A DNA stretch of 45,616 nucleotides from an uncultured Candidatus Saccharibacteria bacterium (GTDB lineage Bacteria; Patescibacteriota; WWE3; 9FT-COMBO-53-11): the NCBI GenBank assembly GCA_964512075.1, contig CAZEID010000013.1:1-45616 (forward strand), read 5' to 3'. Within the stretch, counting starts at the first letter, position 1, and each line of letters begins with the position of its first letter. The notes under the pieces were generated by a model that ran no database searches, was not told where the DNA came from, and worked only from the letters and a program-made list of their open reading frames with translations. Below, one piece after another: positions 43,755-45,616 of this stretch. A program made the position numbers and the translations under genes.

Positions 43755-43793
43755 CCGGAAAGGTCCTTAATCCGAGTCCGGCCGGACTCACCG
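43755..43793 (+). repeat. Degenerate direct repeat of the 3' half of the split tRNA, containing a perfect 16-nt palindrome
   Basis: ccggaaaggtcc...tccggccggactcaccg parallels ccgaaaggtcg...tcggaccggacccacca (43694-43731). The palindrome gagtccggccggactc lies at 43774-43789. Confidence 0.45.
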
Positions 43794-43886
43794 TAACAAG
43801 ATGAAGATCCCCTCAAAGCACTTAGAAGAAAATTGTTGGCAACTTGGGGTGGGGGCGCTAGTTCAGGAGGGGCGCGGTCGCACCTG

Positions 43887-45134
43887 ATGTCCTGGAAGAA
43901 AATTGCCGCCAATACTCTTTATCAAGTGGTGGGGAAGGGAGTGAGCGTGGCTTCGTCCTTGGTAACGGTCGCCTTGGTCACCCGCGCCCTGGGAGTTTCT
44001 CAGTTTGGTGAATACGTCCTAATTACCACTGTACCGTCCTTTTTGTACCTCCTAGCCGATTTTGGTCTGAACGCCGTTTTCCTCCGGCAAGTTGCGGCGG
44101 ATAACCATCACCTTCAGAAATTTGGCAGTTTGATGGCGTTAAGATCGGGTTTGGCCTTCCTAACCTTTCTTTTGGCTTTGGCGTACGCCTTTCTCTCACC
44201 GTACAGTCCGCTGGTGAGGGGAGGAATTGTGCTGGCGGCTACTACGGTTTTTTCTCAAGCGGTTTACACCAGTCTGAACGCTCTTTTTCAACATAATTTG
44301 CGCTACGATCTTTCGGTGGCGGCTGGGGTCTTTTCTTCCGTCTTTGCGGTTCTAGTGTTTGTTTGGGGTTTTCTGAGGCATCAAGGTTTGACCTTTTTTG
44401 TTTTCGCTTGGACAGCGACCACCTTCGTTTTGGCGCTCTTGGCGCTGGGGTTTTCTTTTCGGCTGGCGGAGAAGCCGAGTTTCCGGGGTGATCCTCGCTT
44501 CTCCCGAGCCCTTCTTCTCGCCGCCCTTCCTCTAGGGTTAACTTTGGTGTTCTCCCAAATCAACTGGATGGCAGATGTTTTCCTGCTGCGCGCGTTAGGT
44601 TCAGCCGAGGCGGTGGGAATCTACCGATTGGGATATAAAGTTTTTGAAAATGTTCTGCCGATTCCCATTTTTTTTGTAAACGCCCTCTACCCGGTGATGT
44701 TAGCGGATTACCGGAAGGGCTTAAGTTTTCTAGTGGATCGGGTGGAAAAGGGCTTGGGATTTTTGGTTTTTTCTGCTGTAGTTTTGGCGGGACTGGGGTT
44801 CGGGCTTGCTCCCGCGGTGATTACGATTCTGGGCGGGGCGGAATTCGCTGCCTCTATTAAGGTAATGCAGATTTTAGTGTTATTCTTTCCGATTTTTTTC
44901 GCAACCGCGCCTTTCCAGTGGTTTCTCATTGCAGTGGGGAAGGAAAAGACTTTGCCGGTGATTTATGGAGCGGCGGCGGCCTTGAATGTTACTCTCAATT
45001 GGTTGCTGATCCCGCGTTTCTCTTACTTTGCTTCGATCGCCGCGACCATTGCGGCCGAGGTTCTGATTTTGCTTCTTCTTCTGATCCAGTTTGCTAAAGT
45101 TCGGCGGGGAATCGTTATTCAGTCGCGTAGGTAA
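43887..45134 (+). CDS. MOP-superfamily oligosaccharide/polysaccharide flippase (Wzx-like; a MurJ-like role is not excluded)
   Basis: About 415 aa with roughly 12 TM helices. The N-terminus MSWKKIAANTLYQVVGKGVSVASSLV is typical of polysaccharide biosynthesis (Wzx) proteins. The start is at internal Met 19. Confidence 0.8.
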   Translation: MSWKKIAANTLYQVVGKGVSVASSLVTVALVTRALGVSQFGEYVLITTVPSFLYLLADFGLNAVFLRQVAADNHHLQKFGSLMALRSGLAFLTFLLALAYAFLSPYSPLVRGGIVLAATTVFSQAVYTSLNALFQHNLRYDLSVAAGVFSSVFAVLVFVWGFLRHQGLTFFVFAWTATTFVLALLALGFSFRLAEKPSFRGDPRFSRALLLAALPLGLTLVFSQINWMADVFLLRALGSAEAVGIYRLGYKVFENVLPIPIFFVNALYPVMLADYRKGLSFLVDRVEKGLGFLVFSAVVLAGLGFGLAPAVITILGGAEFAASIKVMQILVLFFPIFFATAPFQWFLIAVGKEKTLPVIYGAAAALNVTLNWLLIPRFSYFASIAATIAAEVLILLLLLIQFAKVRRGIVIQSRR

Positions 45135-45616
45135 CCGTTAGTTCTATCTTCTTTTCGTTTCCCGCTCGGTCGGCGGCGACAATTACGATTTTAATTTCTC
45201 CGGCGGTAGTGGCCGTAACCGTGGTGCGGAAAGAGCCGTCGGCCAGAACGGGGGCTTGAATCTCATTGACCCGGACGGTGGCTCCCGGTTCGGTTTTTCC
45301 CTCCACCCGAATTTGCTTGTTTTCTCCGGTGAACTTCTGGCCGTCTTGGGGGGAAGAGACGGTGATTTCGGGGGGTTTTTTATCAAATGTGATAATTAGC
45401 TCGGCGGAACCTTGACTGACATTCCCGGCCCGGTCTTTGGCGTTAGCGGTAAGGGTGTTTTGTCCTTCCTTCGGCAGTAGTACTCCCGCAAATTCAAAAG
45501 TCCCTCCGGCTTCGGCGATCGTTTTGGCGGCTTCTACCCCGTTTACAAAAAGAGTTACTTCGGCGGCGGGCTCGGCGAATCCAGAGATATTGACTTCGGC
45601 AGTTTTGGTGTAGGAG
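45115..45616 (-). CDS. C-terminal fragment of a surface protein with tandem Ig-like (Big-type) domains; 5' end lies outside the window
   Basis: My hand translation of the minus frame stays open to the window edge. It contains repeated beta-sandwich-like units (...NTLTANAKDRAGNVSQGS... / ...KIVIVAADRAGNEKKIELTV...). The gene overlaps the flippase 3' end tail-to-tail by 20 nt. Confidence 0.7.
   Translation of the reverse strand, partial: SYTKTAEVNISGFAEPAAEVTLFVNGVEAAKTIAEAGGTFEFAGVLLPKEGQNTLTANAKDRAGNVSQGSAELIITFDKKPPEITVSSPQDGQKFTGENKQIRVEGKTEPGATVRVNEIQAPVLADGSFRTTVTATTAGEIKIVIVAADRAGNEKKIELTVTYATE

Noticed and set aside
43741-43760. Intrinsic terminator at gcggggcgttttttgcc after the tRNA cluster
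   Set aside because: A T-run is present, but no stable complementary stem precedes it. The palindrome at 43774-43789 lacks a following T-run, so neither is a convincing intrinsic terminator.

Overview
45.6-kb, tightly packed window. Gene content suggests a small-genome, monoderm-type uncultivated bacterium, possibly candidate-phyla/Patescibacteria-like; that placement is inference only. Positions 1-20.3 kb hold a surface-glycan locus. It contains a GDP-fucose synthase tail, Wzm/Wzt ABC exporter genes split by a four-helix-bundle gene cassette, and a run of translationally coupled glycosyltransferases. The transferases include a GT4-GT2-FkbM-methyltransferase tri-domain protein, a GT11 fucosyltransferase and a GT2-GT4 fusion. 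The locus also has an O-antigen-ligase-like (Wzy_C) membrane domain fused to a GT4, an epimerase, a phosphoglycosyl transferase and a DUF4012 protein. Positions 20.3-45.6 kb are housekeeping genes. They are recO, glyQS, a TrpR-like gene, a non-canonical dcw cluster, nrdJ-cobO, ileS, rplU-rpmA, lepB, a tRNA cluster, a Wzx-like flippase and the tail of an Ig-like surface protein. The dcw cluster reads mraZ-rsmH-ftsL-ftsI-murA, then an antisense Mur-ligase-like gene plus ECF sigma factor, then mraY-ftsW-murG-ftsQ-ftsA-ftsZ. Main second-look items: (1) the exporter/terminator/ligase architecture of the glycan locus; (2) an inverted-repeat-bounded four-helix-bundle cassette with an ORF-less miniature copy, both supplying TAGAAT -10 boxes; (3) -10 boxes recurring 6-11 nt upstream of start codons, suggesting leaderless mRNAs; (4) an intact tRNA-Val nested exactly between the two halves of a second tRNA-like gene; (5) a shrunken Mur-ligase-like protein co-oriented with a sigma factor inside the dcw cluster. 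No CRISPR array, transposase or integrase was seen.
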